From an uncultured virus (IMG/VR IMGVR_UViG_3300036852_000709) (lineage: Duplodnaviria > Heunggongvirae > Uroviricota > Caudoviricetes): DNA of 64,000 nt. Of the stretch, positions 52,488-62,300 are shown piece by piece. The notes below the pieces were generated by a model. It saw only the letters and a program-made list of their open reading frames with translations. It searched no databases and had not been told where the DNA came from. Within the stretch, counting starts at the first letter, position 1; every line of letters starts with the position of its first letter. The translations under genes and the position numbers were made by a program. The stretch is from the IMG/VR virus record IMGVR_UViG_3300036852_000709, one strand, 5' to 3'.

Positions 52488-53164
52488 GAGCCGCCGTATA
52501 TTCAGCGAGCAGCGCTCGTGCCCTCATAGATACATCATCGCCGCGTTTGCTCAGTTCAGTCCGTGCTTCAGCCAGTGCGCGGTCGTGAAGGGTTTGCAGG
52601 GACAAATCGTGCGCTATTCCATGAAACGTCGCCCAATCCACGGGTCCGACTTTGTCAATCGCTGCTTGCAGTTGTTTCCTCAGTGCTACCAGGTCCATGA
52701 CACTCCATAATGTTGCGAGAATTCAACCAACGTGCTCCGCGTTCAAACACTCTTTCGCGCCGCACCTTTGGCAAGGCTGCTCAGAACACCACATGCACCA
52801 CGTGATATGTGAGGCGATGGGCATGCCGTAGCGAATGACTGAGCAGCCTCGCGTGTACTCGGCCATCGGCTCAATCCAGCCCTTGGCAACGAGCGACAGC
52901 AGCGTGCGCTCGGCATGTCCGCCGTCGTTCCCGATCGATATCTCGCCCAGCACTCGGCGCTCATTCGCCGTGAGCCGATCGATGTCGGCTTGATTGAGAG
53001 CCTCCACTGCTGATGCCTTGGCCATCGCGGTCTTGATGCGGTCGATGATCATCAATACTCCGTCGAGCAAAGCAAACCGGGGCCGTTGTCGCGGATCCAC
53101 TCCTCGGCCGTCTTCGTCACGCGCTGCCTGTAGGTGTCGAATCCGTTCGTCCATAATCGGTAAT

Positions 53165-53440
53165 TCATCGCCGCTCCTCGTGTGTCACCACGCCCCCCGT
53201 GCCCGCTACAGCCCCGCTGACCGCCGCCGTTGCGCCCCATGCGATATGTCGCTCTCGCCACACACGGCAGTTCTCCGCCACCTGGTCGAAGTCGCACACC
53301 GACCCCGCTGGGCACGCGCCCTCCGGCTCGGCCGCTCTTCGTGTCGGCAGCGCTGAGCAGCCCACCGTTGACATGACAATGCACATCGCCACGATGATGC
53401 CGAGCGCCGCAACCATATCCCAGATCACACCTTGCTTCAT
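53165..53440 (-). CDS. Small lipoprotein
   Basis: Hydrophobic N-terminus with lipobox VGC; further Cys. Confidence 0.5.
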   Translation of the reverse strand: MKQGVIWDMVAALGIIVAMCIVMSTVGCSALPTRRAAEPEGACPAGSVCDFDQVAENCRVWRERHIAWGATAAVSGAVAGTGGVVTHEERR

Positions 53441-53934
53441 CGCCTTGTCGACCTCATCTTCGCTCGTGTCGTCGCCGTCAATTCACCAAGCATGGACACC
53501 GTAATCACCATCCTCGGATCGTGCGTCACGTCCTCAATGGTCACGTGCGCATCGCGGATCGCGCTATCGTTCGCCCAAAGGGCCGGCGACTCTCGAGTCG
53601 GTAGCAGATCGACCACGCTACCCGCTCGTCGCTTGCGCCTCGCCGGCTGGCACGAATCCCCCACCCCCCGCGCGTAGTTATCCCAGTCGCCCCGCTCGAT
53701 AGTGCGGTAGACATTGACCTCAATCCCGTACCTCGCCCAATCCGTCCTCCACCACGGCGGGCGTGCAGCACGAGCGCACATCGCAAGCAGGGCCCGGTAC
53801 CGCTTCGTTTTCGTTGGGGTGATGCTGCCCATCTTGGCTGAGCCGTCCTCTTTGCATCCTCGAACGAATGTCCTCGCACGTGCGCATGGGACGGGCTCGC
53901 CTGGAACGGTGAATGTAAAGCAGCGATCCGTCAC
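53437..53934 (-). CDS. rusA: RusA-like Holliday junction resolvase
   Basis: 'FTVPGEPVP..RAR', 'DWDNYARGVGD', 'W.NDS.I'. Confidence 0.75.
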   Translation of the reverse strand: MTDRCFTFTVPGEPVPCARARTFVRGCKEDGSAKMGSITPTKTKRYRALLAMCARAARPPWWRTDWARYGIEVNVYRTIERGDWDNYARGVGDSCQPARRKRRAGSVVDLLPTRESPALWANDSAIRDAHVTIEDVTHDPRMVITVSMLGELTATTRAKMRSTRR

Positions 53935-54404
53935 GTGGCACCGAGATCGGCCGGTTCGATGCCAAGGCGCCGTTCCCTTTCTGTTCGATGATTACTCACG
54001 CGGCACCATCGCAATCAACTCCTCGTTGCTCTTTTTCGCCGTGGCCATTCTCACGAGATACGCGCGCAACTCTTCGGATACCTCCCGCCGCAGCGTGTCC
54101 CACGCCGGATCATCGTCTGCCACATGCTCCACAGCCACGCCCGTTGGTTGGCCATTCTGCGTCACGCCAAGCACGGATACCACCACCCTGGACCCTCCAT
54201 TGCGCGCGCTAGGCTCATCGACGACGGCGATGCACTTCGTCGACCGCAGACGATATTGCGTCTCTCCGCTCGGCGTCTTCCACCGCAACCGGTGGGCATC
54301 GTGCACGGCCACTTCCAGCATCGCGCGAGCGGACTCCGCGAGCATATCCGGGCGAGCGCGCTCAATCATTCGGTCAACCGCGTGGTCTGTGATCTTCCAC
54401 GTGC

Positions 54405-54953
54405 TCATAACTTGGCGTTCAGCTCCTGAGCGTATGTCCACAGACGACCACCGAGGCATAGTAGCGCCTTGGTATACCCCGCTCGGTACTCTGATGCCGT
54501 ACCGTCGTATCCGGATATAATCGCGGTCACTCCCATTGCCGTCAGCCCGTATCGCTCTCCGGAACCATACACCGTCGGAATCAGGCCGCGGGGCGTTCCT
54601 AGCGCGCAGCACTCCTTCGCGCGTCGGTCTCGTGTGGTGCCCTGCACAAACCTCCACCCATCCCGGTGCGCCGCCTCCATGTCCGCCCGGATCCGCGTCT
54701 CCGCGGCAGTTACATCGACGGCTGCATCCTTTGGCTTTCGTGGAACGAGGCGAATGAACTTGAGACAGCCTTTCCACGCAAATGGTACGCCACGGACAAA
54801 CACTCTGAACTCTTCTTGGTCAGTGAACCGCAGCGCGTTGGTTCGCTTATTCACCCACGATGTGCAAGTGGCGTTGGTGGTTGCTCTACCAATCCACACG
54901 TTGTCGTCGTGAGACGCAGCGTTCCACTTCACCACCAAATTGCGCGGCTTCAC
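54405..54953 (-). CDS. Hypothetical protein whose C-terminal half resembles the 24349-25346 paralogues
   Basis: 'ECCALG...YGL....V.AIISGYD...LGGRL'. Confidence 0.55.
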   Translation of the reverse strand: MKPRNLVVKWNAASHDDNVWIGRATTNATCTSWVNKRTNALRFTDQEEFRVFVRGVPFAWKGCLKFIRLVPRKPKDAAVDVTAAETRIRADMEAAHRDGWRFVQGTTRDRRAKECCALGTPRGLIPTVYGSGERYGLTAMGVTAIISGYDGTASEYRAGYTKALLCLGGRLWTYAQELNAKL

Positions 54954-55493
54954 TTATCCACCTCGACGCACTGACAAGGGGTCCGCGGCGTCCTCCACGC
55001 GTCAATTACGGCAACGCCCAGGCCGGCAACCAATCCCATAGCGATCATCCACAACCACCACTTCTGCTCACCGTCCATCGCTACACAATAACCATTCAGC
55101 ACGTGGCCGCAACTACAGATAGGCCCATCCGCCGAGCGGAGAGAATGATCCGGTCGATAGTGAGGGCTGGCACAACTCGACATCCGACATGACCTCGATG
55201 GCAGACAGCAACGTCGCCGCCACAACGCCTTCCCATTCCAACTCACGCCTCTGACGCCCATGCAGCCTCATTCTTCTGTCATCAAATCGAGCCGCCATCT
55301 CGCGGCGATGGCAGTCACTGCAGCTAGACAGTCTACCGCGACGTAATAGGTCGTTACGCACCAAACCTTCGCTGCCGCAGTCACACCGCATAATCGACTG
55401 ACTGGCACCCCATTCAGTGGCATGGCCATGGCCAGTCACGACGCGCCGGCCGTATCGATCTCCGATATTAAGCGGCTGTTTTGGTCCAGGCAT

Positions 55494-56327
55494 CTACGCC
55501 GCGCCGTACTTCCGTGATGGGGCTGATATCCCATGGCCGTCGTGTTGTTGGTACGGGTCCGAGCGCATCCTGATTTTCACGTAGCCAGTGCAGGCCGTCG
55601 GACACCGCGCCGGAGCGCCGGAGCGAGTTGCCCACGCGTTCACACAATTGGCGTATCGATCGCAGGCCTCGAGTCTATCGCCTCGCCCATGCCTGAAGCC
55701 CGGTGTTGTTTCGTCGTTTGGCTGGGACGGCCGCGCCTCGTGCGTTCGGCAGTCGAGCTGCGGCGTGTCGATCTTTGGCGAGCCCGACGTTCTCGCGTGA
55801 CGGTCGATTCCTGAGCGGACCACGCCGTGGCCCATCGCCCACGTGCGGGCGATCGACGTCATTGACACGCCGCTCTTCACGAGATCGTACCATGCGTGAT
55901 TGCGCGCCTTGCGGTCGCTAGTGCACACAGCCATGTCGTCGAGCCCGTGAAACCTACCTACAGCGCGCACGATGCGGCGCTCATCGAACGACAAGTCTGC
56001 CAGAATATCTGCCCCGGATACATTGGACACCGCGTACTCGCGCCACGGTGGCCTGTTGGCCTTGTGCAGGCGCATTGCCTCTCTCCACTGAATACCAGCG
56101 CTGAACGCGTACTTGCGCATCCCTTCGTGAACGGTCGTCCTCGATGAGTGCCCCTCGCGCGCGATCTGCGCAACGCTCATCGATCCAGATTCGTTCACGT
56201 ACAACGCGTACCACGCTTCCCATCGTGCTTCGTATCGCGCGTACTCCGTCATTAAAACATGCGCGTCGGAATGGCCATGCTTCGCTGCAATAGGCGACAG
56301 GAGCGCCAGTTGTTGGTCGTTAAGCAT
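55494..56327 (-). CDS. Protein with two DnaA-domain-IV-like HTH repeats
   Basis: Twice 'AR..AWY.L....G.MS...IAR....H..V..G..(K/R)'. Confidence 0.5.
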   Translation of the reverse strand: MLNDQQLALLSPIAAKHGHSDAHVLMTEYARYEARWEAWYALYVNESGSMSVAQIAREGHSSRTTVHEGMRKYAFSAGIQWREAMRLHKANRPPWREYAVSNVSGADILADLSFDERRIVRAVGRFHGLDDMAVCTSDRKARNHAWYDLVKSGVSMTSIARTWAMGHGVVRSGIDRHARTSGSPKIDTPQLDCRTHEARPSQPNDETTPGFRHGRGDRLEACDRYANCVNAWATRSGAPARCPTACTGYVKIRMRSDPYQQHDGHGISAPSRKYGAA

Positions 56328-56907
56328 GTGGCATCTCCGCCCAGTGCCGACCATCGAGCATCGGCAGGCTAACCTTATGGCCACGCTCGTCCAGTCGTTG
56401 CTTGTAGAAGAATGGAACACCTTGGGCAAGGCACTGATCGCGAATCGACCGTACCCAATCCTCACTCATATGGCGAGCGCCATGACCGGATTCGCAGCCG
56501 ACGATTACCCAACCGATGCCAGTCAGATCGATGTCCCCAATATCCTCGAGCAATGGCTCAATCGAGAGAAACCGAACGGCGGCGGGAACGTTGCGCAGAT
56601 CGTCGATCCGAGGCACGCCGTATTTGCGATCCTCGACCGAGACCGGGCAACCGAAGTTCGCTCGTCGCTGACCTATGCTCCGCCCTGTCTTGTCCCCGTC
56701 AACGTGGTGAACATGCTCGCCCTTCCGGAGGCGCCTTCCAAGTTTCGCTTCTGCTACGACGCGATGCTCGTAGGCATATCCGCGAACGTCGGCCAATAGG
56801 TGGCCCACCCCAACGCGCAGAAGGATGTAGCCGTTAGAGGCCAGGCTTCGTCCACCGCGCCAATTCGAATTGGTTGGCCCGAGCCCATTACATTTTACGC
56901 CCATCAC
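56320..56907 (-). CDS. Chimeric ORF: truncated HNH nuclease fused to a Gp37/Gp68 (DUF5131) C-terminus
   Basis: 'GYAYEHRVVAE..LGR.L..GEHVHHVDGDKT' followed by 'SVED...RID.LR.VPAAVRFLSIEPLL...WVIVGCESGHGAR...GVPFFYKQ'. Confidence 0.75.
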   Translation of the reverse strand: MMGVKCNGLGPTNSNWRGGRSLASNGYILLRVGVGHLLADVRGYAYEHRVVAEAKLGRRLRKGEHVHHVDGDKTGRSIGQRRANFGCPVSVEDRKYGVPRIDDLRNVPAAVRFLSIEPLLEDIGDIDLTGIGWVIVGCESGHGARHMSEDWVRSIRDQCLAQGVPFFYKQRLDERGHKVSLPMLDGRHWAEMPHA

Positions 56908-57485
56908 TCAAATCCTTCCGGATACAGCGCGTCAATCAGCGTTTCGTGCGCCCACACGTCGAGCCCTAGCGCCATAGCCTCGCGCTTCGAATGCCAGATA
57001 TCGAGATATGCTTTGAACTTCAGAACCTCGGCACGATCGTGTTCGGACAACTCAGTGATCTGCTCATCGAATGTCATACATGAACCTCGCGCCAAATCCT
57101 CCGGATGCCGACGAACATGTGTGACCACGAATCCTTGGTGCACTCAGTCGACACCTCGAACCCGTCGCCCACCACGTCGCCGTCAATGTCGGGGCCCTTG
57201 CCCGCTGGCCTCATGGTGGCTAGCCACTCCCACGCGAATTGCGTTAACGCTTGTTCGCGCTGCGGAAACGGGAGTTGATGGGCGTCTGCCGCTGGCGTAG
57301 ATCCCCAACCAAAGTAGACCCATCCATCGTGGATTCGATAGCACGTGGCTTCGCAACCAGTAGCCTCAGCGAAGGCTAACATCATCGCGTTACCAAATTG
57401 CTCGCGCGTCTCACCTCGCACGTGCACGAAGTAATTACTCATTGCCATACGATCACCATAACCACACGCCACCCAGGCGCCACCT

Positions 57486-58346
57486 TCACCACAGGTCAAT
57501 CACGCTTCCCATGTCTGTTATCCTGCGGATCATTGCCTCACCGTATCGCTCGTGCAGCTCGGCCATCCTCGCACCGCTGGTCACGATCATCGGCCTCTTT
57601 GCGCCGTACCTGTATCGCTCGTAGATGACATCGCGCACGACCTGAGGGTCGAACTTCGTTGCTTCGTACGCGATCTCGTCGAGTATCAACAGCGACGCAC
57701 ACTTCGCTTCGCGAATAATACGGGGCTCCGCGTCGCTCCTCGCCCGGTCAGAGCGAGCCCTGGCCAGGTCGATTGCCGATACGAACCGCAGCTTCGAGGC
57801 GAATGCAAACCCCGTGGCGTCAACCTTGCCCGCCTCCGCTTGGTCGAGAATGCGATGGCCAATGGCAACCGCGCACGATGTCTTGCCCATTGACGTGTCG
57901 CCGAGGATGAGTACGTTCCCGTCCGCTCGCTGCCACCCAGCGGATCCAATGATCCGCCTTGCAAAGCCGTCCTTCCCCGCCGCTAGTCCGCCGCGGACCG
58001 CAGCCCGATATGGCTTCGTGCCAGCCCTCAGGAGGTCCGTCGCGCCCTCCGGCGAAAGACTCGCCCGCGCCTCGGCGAGATGTGCCGCACGAATCGACTT
58101 CGCATGTGCGTTGCCGCATTCGTCGCACCACACTCCGCGCTTTTTCTGGGGCTTCCCGCAGCCGCCAGTGCACTCAAGCACGCTTGGCGGCAGGCCCTCA
58201 CACGGCGAGGCCGGCTCGACAAGCGATGCTATCGGGCTTGGCTGCTGGATTTCAATGCCAACCGCCACGGCCGCGCGCTCCCGCATTCGAACTTGCGCCG
58301 CCTCGAGTATGGCCATGTCATCCGGGGTTAGATCATTCAGGCTCAT
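57486..58346 (-). CDS. DnaC / IstB-like AAA+ ATPase (helicase loader)
   Basis: Walker A 'GDTSMGKT', Walker B 'LLILDEI', 'ERY....PMIVTS', 'YG....RRI'; follows the initiator gene. Confidence 0.85.
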   Translation of the reverse strand: MSLNDLTPDDMAILEAAQVRMRERAAVAVGIEIQQPSPIASLVEPASPCEGLPPSVLECTGGCGKPQKKRGVWCDECGNAHAKSIRAAHLAEARASLSPEGATDLLRAGTKPYRAAVRGGLAAGKDGFARRIIGSAGWQRADGNVLILGDTSMGKTSCAVAIGHRILDQAEAGKVDATGFAFASKLRFVSAIDLARARSDRARSDAEPRIIREAKCASLLILDEIAYEATKFDPQVVRDVIYERYRYGAKRPMIVTSGARMAELHERYGEAMIRRITDMGSVIDLW

Positions 58347-59247
58347 CGGCGATACCGCCCTCCCATAACGGCGATTTGCGCGAATGGTCGTAGCCGTTGC
58401 TACGCTGGACCGGCGGACCTTGCGCCCGCTGTGCACCACCCGAATACCTGCCGACACGCCGAATCCAGGTCCTTGCAGCCGCATCCCAATCTGCAAACCG
58501 ATTACCATTGGCCGTGTGATGATCGCGGAACGTTGCAAGTTCAGCGTCTACGGCGCGGCGGTCAAGCCCTTTCTCGACCCCGATGGCATACAGGTCTGCC
58601 TTTGGCTTCCAGGATTCTGGGAAATCGGATAGTTGTCGGCGTGGTCTCCGCGGCGGTGCCGCCGTGGTATCAGGGACCAGCGCCAGTTGGGTTGGTTTGC
58701 CCCCCGGGGGGACCAAGGGGGGATCCTCTCCTATACTCTTCTCTTCTCTTATCGGATCTATCCTGCGCGTCCATGAAGATCCTGACGTTGTGGCTGAATG
58801 ATTACCGCAACTTACCTCAACTTTCGTTTCCGAGTCGTTACCGGCTCGTGATCGGTTCGTTGCTGACTCGTTACTGGTTCGTTGCTGACTCGTTACTGGT
58901 TCGTTGCTGACTCGTTCACGGCTCGTTGTGTGATGTTGCTGACGCTCTTTCCGCCTTTGCGCCGTCGAAAAGTTGGCCACGACGATACTGTTGTCGTCGA
59001 CCTTGAGGTACCCGTCCTCCAAAAGCATTGGAACAAAGCCGCGTAGGAGCCTACGATCGCTCGGCGTAGCTCCGCATACTCTTGCGATGGCGAGCCATGG
59101 CTCGTCGCCGCAGAGAGGTAACCGGCCATCTTCATCGACGAACTTGAGCAATTCAGCGGCCAATCCACGAACCATCAAGGGCAGTCGAGCGAATGTGCCA
59201 AGCTCCCGAACGAAAAGTTTGACCCACGGCTCGCGGTCCCACCTCAT
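58333..59247 (-). CDS. Phage replication initiator protein
   Basis: Internal tandem repeats; C-terminal DnaT-like 'F.DHH..NG....DWDAAARTWIRR'; upstream of the DnaC-like gene. Confidence 0.75.
   Translation of the reverse strand: MRWDREPWVKLFVRELGTFARLPLMVRGLAAELLKFVDEDGRLPLCGDEPWLAIARVCGATPSDRRLLRGFVPMLLEDGYLKVDDNSIVVANFSTAQRRKERQQHHTTSRERVSNEPVTSQQRTSNESATNRSRAGNDSETKVEVSCGNHSATTSGSSWTRRIDPIREEKSIGEDPPLVPPGGKPTQLALVPDTTAAPPRRPRRQLSDFPESWKPKADLYAIGVEKGLDRRAVDAELATFRDHHTANGNRFADWDAAARTWIRRVGRYSGGAQRAQGPPVQRSNGYDHSRKSPLWEGGIADEPE
58824..58928. repeat. Ten 11-bp-period repeats (TCGT core), candidate iterons / origin
   Basis: TCGT at 58824, 58835, 58846, 58857, 58868, 58879, 58890, 58901, 58912, 58923. 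Confidence 0.75.
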
Positions 59248-59570
59248 GTTACATCCGCAACCGCCACATCACGCGGCATTGCCCTCTTGAGAGCGTTGAT
59301 CACTGTCACGCAATCAACCCCGAAGATGTCGCCTATCTCCCATAGCGAATACGAGCGCCCTGGAAACGCGCGCACTGCCGCCATCATCTCATGTCGTGCG
59401 GCGATGATGTTTTGATATCGGACGCGGCTCACCACGGTCTCAATGTTTTCGCCGCGACGCTTGGCGATCGCCTCGCACATATCAAACAGTTCCGCGCGCT
59501 TAAGCGCTTCGATCACCTGCTTAGGGGTGCGCTTGATGGCGCGACGAGAATGACGAGAAGTGTCGCTCAA
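59244..59570 (-). CDS. Stand-alone DnaA C-terminal (domain IV) HTH protein
   Basis: 'VSR.R...IIAARHEMM...R.....SLWEIGDIFGVDCVTVINAL'. Confidence 0.7.
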   Translation of the reverse strand: MSDTSRHSRRAIKRTPKQVIEALKRAELFDMCEAIAKRRGENIETVVSRVRYQNIIAARHEMMAAVRAFPGRSYSLWEIGDIFGVDCVTVINALKRAMPRDVAVADVT

Positions 59571-60667
59571 GGCGCTGACCTGTACCCCAGCATGTCGATC
59601 AACCGATCGATAGGGACCGACGCGAAGTACTCCACGAAAGAGTTTACTCGCCCAGAGCGCACCGCGAACAGTGCCGCAGGGCACCTAGTCTTTACAGCGC
59701 GCAGCGCAAAGTCCTTCTGTGTCTCTATAGATCGGAGTGGCTCATACTCGACGGACGTGGTTTCACATAGTGAAAATAACCGCGAGCGGGCATCTTCAAG
59801 GAGTGAGCGCAACTCTGGGAAAGCAGCAAAGACCTCCGTCTCCTCACCTCGCCGAGCAATGTCAACAATAGCTCGTTGACTCATCCCTTCTCTTGCGTGA
59901 TGAAGCGCCACATATCCTGGATGTTTGACCTTGACCCTATTCCACTGGCCATCGACCACGACGTACCCCTCTTGAGAGAGTGGCGACATGGTGTCAAAAG
60001 ATCTTGCGATGTCGGCAAATGACGATAGTGGGAACTCGCGAACAATCTCCACGGCGACATCGGCGCCGATATAAATACGCGCATGATCAGCGCTTAAAAA
60101 TTCGCCAGTTGTTCTCACGCGGGCGCCTAGCAGGACTACGCGCGGGCGCTCGTGCACCACAACAACCCTGTTGAGTGGGCCCATAAGCTCGAACAGGAAG
60201 CACAGCGACGACTTCGAGCAACAGAGTTCGCCGCGGTCGGGCCCGAGAGTGTTCCAGAAGTAATCCGAAAACACAACCCCGCTACCATTAATGTCACCAC
60301 CGGCATCTGGTGTACCAGTGGTCGCGACCCTCCACGCACCATCGTAATGGTACAGCGTGCAAAGCGACCCGTCTAGCTTCTCCTGAACCCGAGCTGCACT
60401 CCAGTCTATCGAAGCCGCGCCTGGCTCACCGTAGTTGAAAAACTTATCGAACCCTCGAGCGACAACGCTCCAGTCTTCCTCCTCATCGAGGATAAGACCT
60501 CGACACTCGCGGACGATCTGCTTTTCGAACGGTGACAGAAGTTGGTTGTACTTGAAAAGCAAAAGATTCGGATAGGCCGGATGGCGCTTTGCCCCAACGC
60601 CAAGATCCACGAGAAGTCGCTCTGGCGTGCCACCGGCTCGAAGGTATGCCTGAATGGCGAGCGTCAT
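59567..60667 (-). CDS. T4 Rnl1-like RNA ligase
   Basis: 'FKY', 'RECRGLILD', 'FDKFFNYGE', motif I 'EKLDGS', 'FEL', 'EGYVV', 'RVKVK..GY'. Confidence 0.88.
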   Translation of the reverse strand: MTLAIQAYLRAGGTPERLLVDLGVGAKRHPAYPNLLLFKYNQLLSPFEKQIVRECRGLILDEEEDWSVVARGFDKFFNYGEPGAASIDWSAARVQEKLDGSLCTLYHYDGAWRVATTGTPDAGGDINGSGVVFSDYFWNTLGPDRGELCCSKSSLCFLFELMGPLNRVVVVHERPRVVLLGARVRTTGEFLSADHARIYIGADVAVEIVREFPLSSFADIARSFDTMSPLSQEGYVVVDGQWNRVKVKHPGYVALHHAREGMSQRAIVDIARRGEETEVFAAFPELRSLLEDARSRLFSLCETTSVEYEPLRSIETQKDFALRAVKTRCPAALFAVRSGRVNSFVEYFASVPIDRLIDMLGYRSAP

Positions 60668-61303
60668 TGCAGGATCTCCGCCGCTTTGCACAAATACGCG
60701 GCGACCCTGCCCATGTCGAGGTTGGCGCACCCATCCCCCTCGTCGCGAAGGCGACCCCCCGCGTACGACGGACAGGAGCCAACGCCCGTGGGGGGAGCGC
60801 AAACCCAGCCCGCCAACACTCCAGCATGTGCCTGTCCCTCGCCGTCGAGCCAAAGCCGAACACCCATCACACCCTCTAAATCAGAAAGCCTGAACAAACT
60901 TACCGGTTGACGCCACACCGATCGGATGCATGTTGGTCACACATCCGATGGAGACGCCGTTAGCCCAGAGACATCCGACGCCGAGCCCGCTCGAGGTGCT
61001 CCGCGATGATCGCCGCAGCCGGGTTTGGCGCATCGTCGCCGCGCGGCAGGAGCCCAAGCGAGGTCATGAGCGCCCGCACGGCGGGATCGCTCTCGGGGTT
61101 CTTCCTGGGCGCCGCGTGAGGCAGTTCGAGGTAGCGGCCATCCTCCACGCGAAGCGACGCAGGCTCGGCGTGCAGCCATGCCAGAACCCGTTCTGTAGGG
61201 ATGCCGCGGTCTGCACAGCGAGAGATGATCTCGTCTTCATGCAGGCCGAACGGCCCCGACGCGCGAAGCTCGCCGATGACGACGGAGGCGAGGTCGATCG
61301 GGA

Positions 61304-61525
61304 TCATGCCTCGTCCTCTCCAAGGATCACGGAGGGGCGGACATCGAGCGCGTTGGCCAGTTTCTCGACGGCATCGAGTCCAGGGTTGCGGATGTGCCCA
61401 GCAAACAGGTTCGACACGTAGGAGTGGCTGAGGCGTGCCGCGCACGACAGCGCTCGAGCGGAGAGTCTCCGCTCAATCATGAGCCGCTCCACGCGCGCTC
61501 CCAGTGCAACGATGTCAATAGCCAT
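61304..61525 (-). CDS. Cro-like XRE HTH regulator
   Basis: 'LSARALS..ARLSHSYVSNL..G.IRNPGLDAVEKLANALDV'; heads the replication operon; upstream TTGACA-N17-TAAAGT. Confidence 0.85.
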   Translation of the reverse strand: MAIDIVALGARVERLMIERRLSARALSCAARLSHSYVSNLFAGHIRNPGLDAVEKLANALDVRPSVILGEDEA

Positions 61526-61558
61526 GCTTGTCTACCACTTTAGGCATGGATTCTGCGA

Positions 61559-62002
61559 GTGTCAACCGTGAACGGTGACAGCGGTGCAGATGGGGGCCAT
61601 CATACAGCGAGCGTGTCGACCCTACACGATAGGATTCTGTACGTCCTTCAGACCACAGGCTGGTCCCAGCGCGAGTGGGGCCGTCGTTCTGGCTTGGCCG
61701 AGCAGTTCATCGGCTCCTTGCTCACGCGGCTCAAGGCAGACCCGAACGCGGACGTCGGCCTCGTCGCACTGAGGGCGCTGGCCAAAAGCTCTGGGGTGTC
61801 GCTGTGTTGGCTCGTCGGTGTCGACAGCGATCCGGGGCGGCTAGACGCTCGTCAGTCCGCGCTCGACGCCGCTGTGGTGGTTGCCAGGATGAGCGGGCTG
61901 CCAGAGAGCGCCATCCAAGCCGTGGTGCGCGAGCCCAGACAATCCGACGTCACCCCACTCGACCACCTCGACAGCATGCGGGCGAAGGCGATCCTAGGGT
62001 AA
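61559..62002 (+). CDS. CI-like XRE HTH repressor (no peptidase domain)
   Basis: 'WSQREWGRRSGL...I..L....L.ALAK..GVSL.WLVG'; divergent from the Cro-like gene. Confidence 0.75.
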   Translation: MSTVNGDSGADGGHHTASVSTLHDRILYVLQTTGWSQREWGRRSGLAEQFIGSLLTRLKADPNADVGLVALRALAKSSGVSLCWLVGVDSDPGRLDARQSALDAAVVVARMSGLPESAIQAVVREPRQSDVTPLDHLDSMRAKAILG

Positions 62003-62300
62003 GACATGGTCCTACTTATTTTCGTCGCGCCTGCTTGCCACAGTTGACTAGCGCGGTAGGCGCGTCTAGGTTGGGTGGCATGCGGCGGGACAATCCGATG
62101 AACGATGCGGTGCTCGCGTGGCGCGCGGACATCATCCGGCGCCTGGCAACCATGCTTGATGGCCGAGTCGAGATCGTGGCCGACGATGACGACGCCACCG
62201 TGATCACAATCACCGACGTCGGCCCTGGCCGGTTCGCCGAGATGGCCGTGTGGGTCGATGGTGACGCCGAGGATTTAATGTACGCGGAACTCGATAGGAG

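Noticed and set aside
51097..52720. attP/attL site next to the integrase
   Set aside because: Only a short hairpin (CTACAA/TTGTAG, about 51171-51188) was seen; no identifiable core repeat, and phage-like genes continue on both sides.
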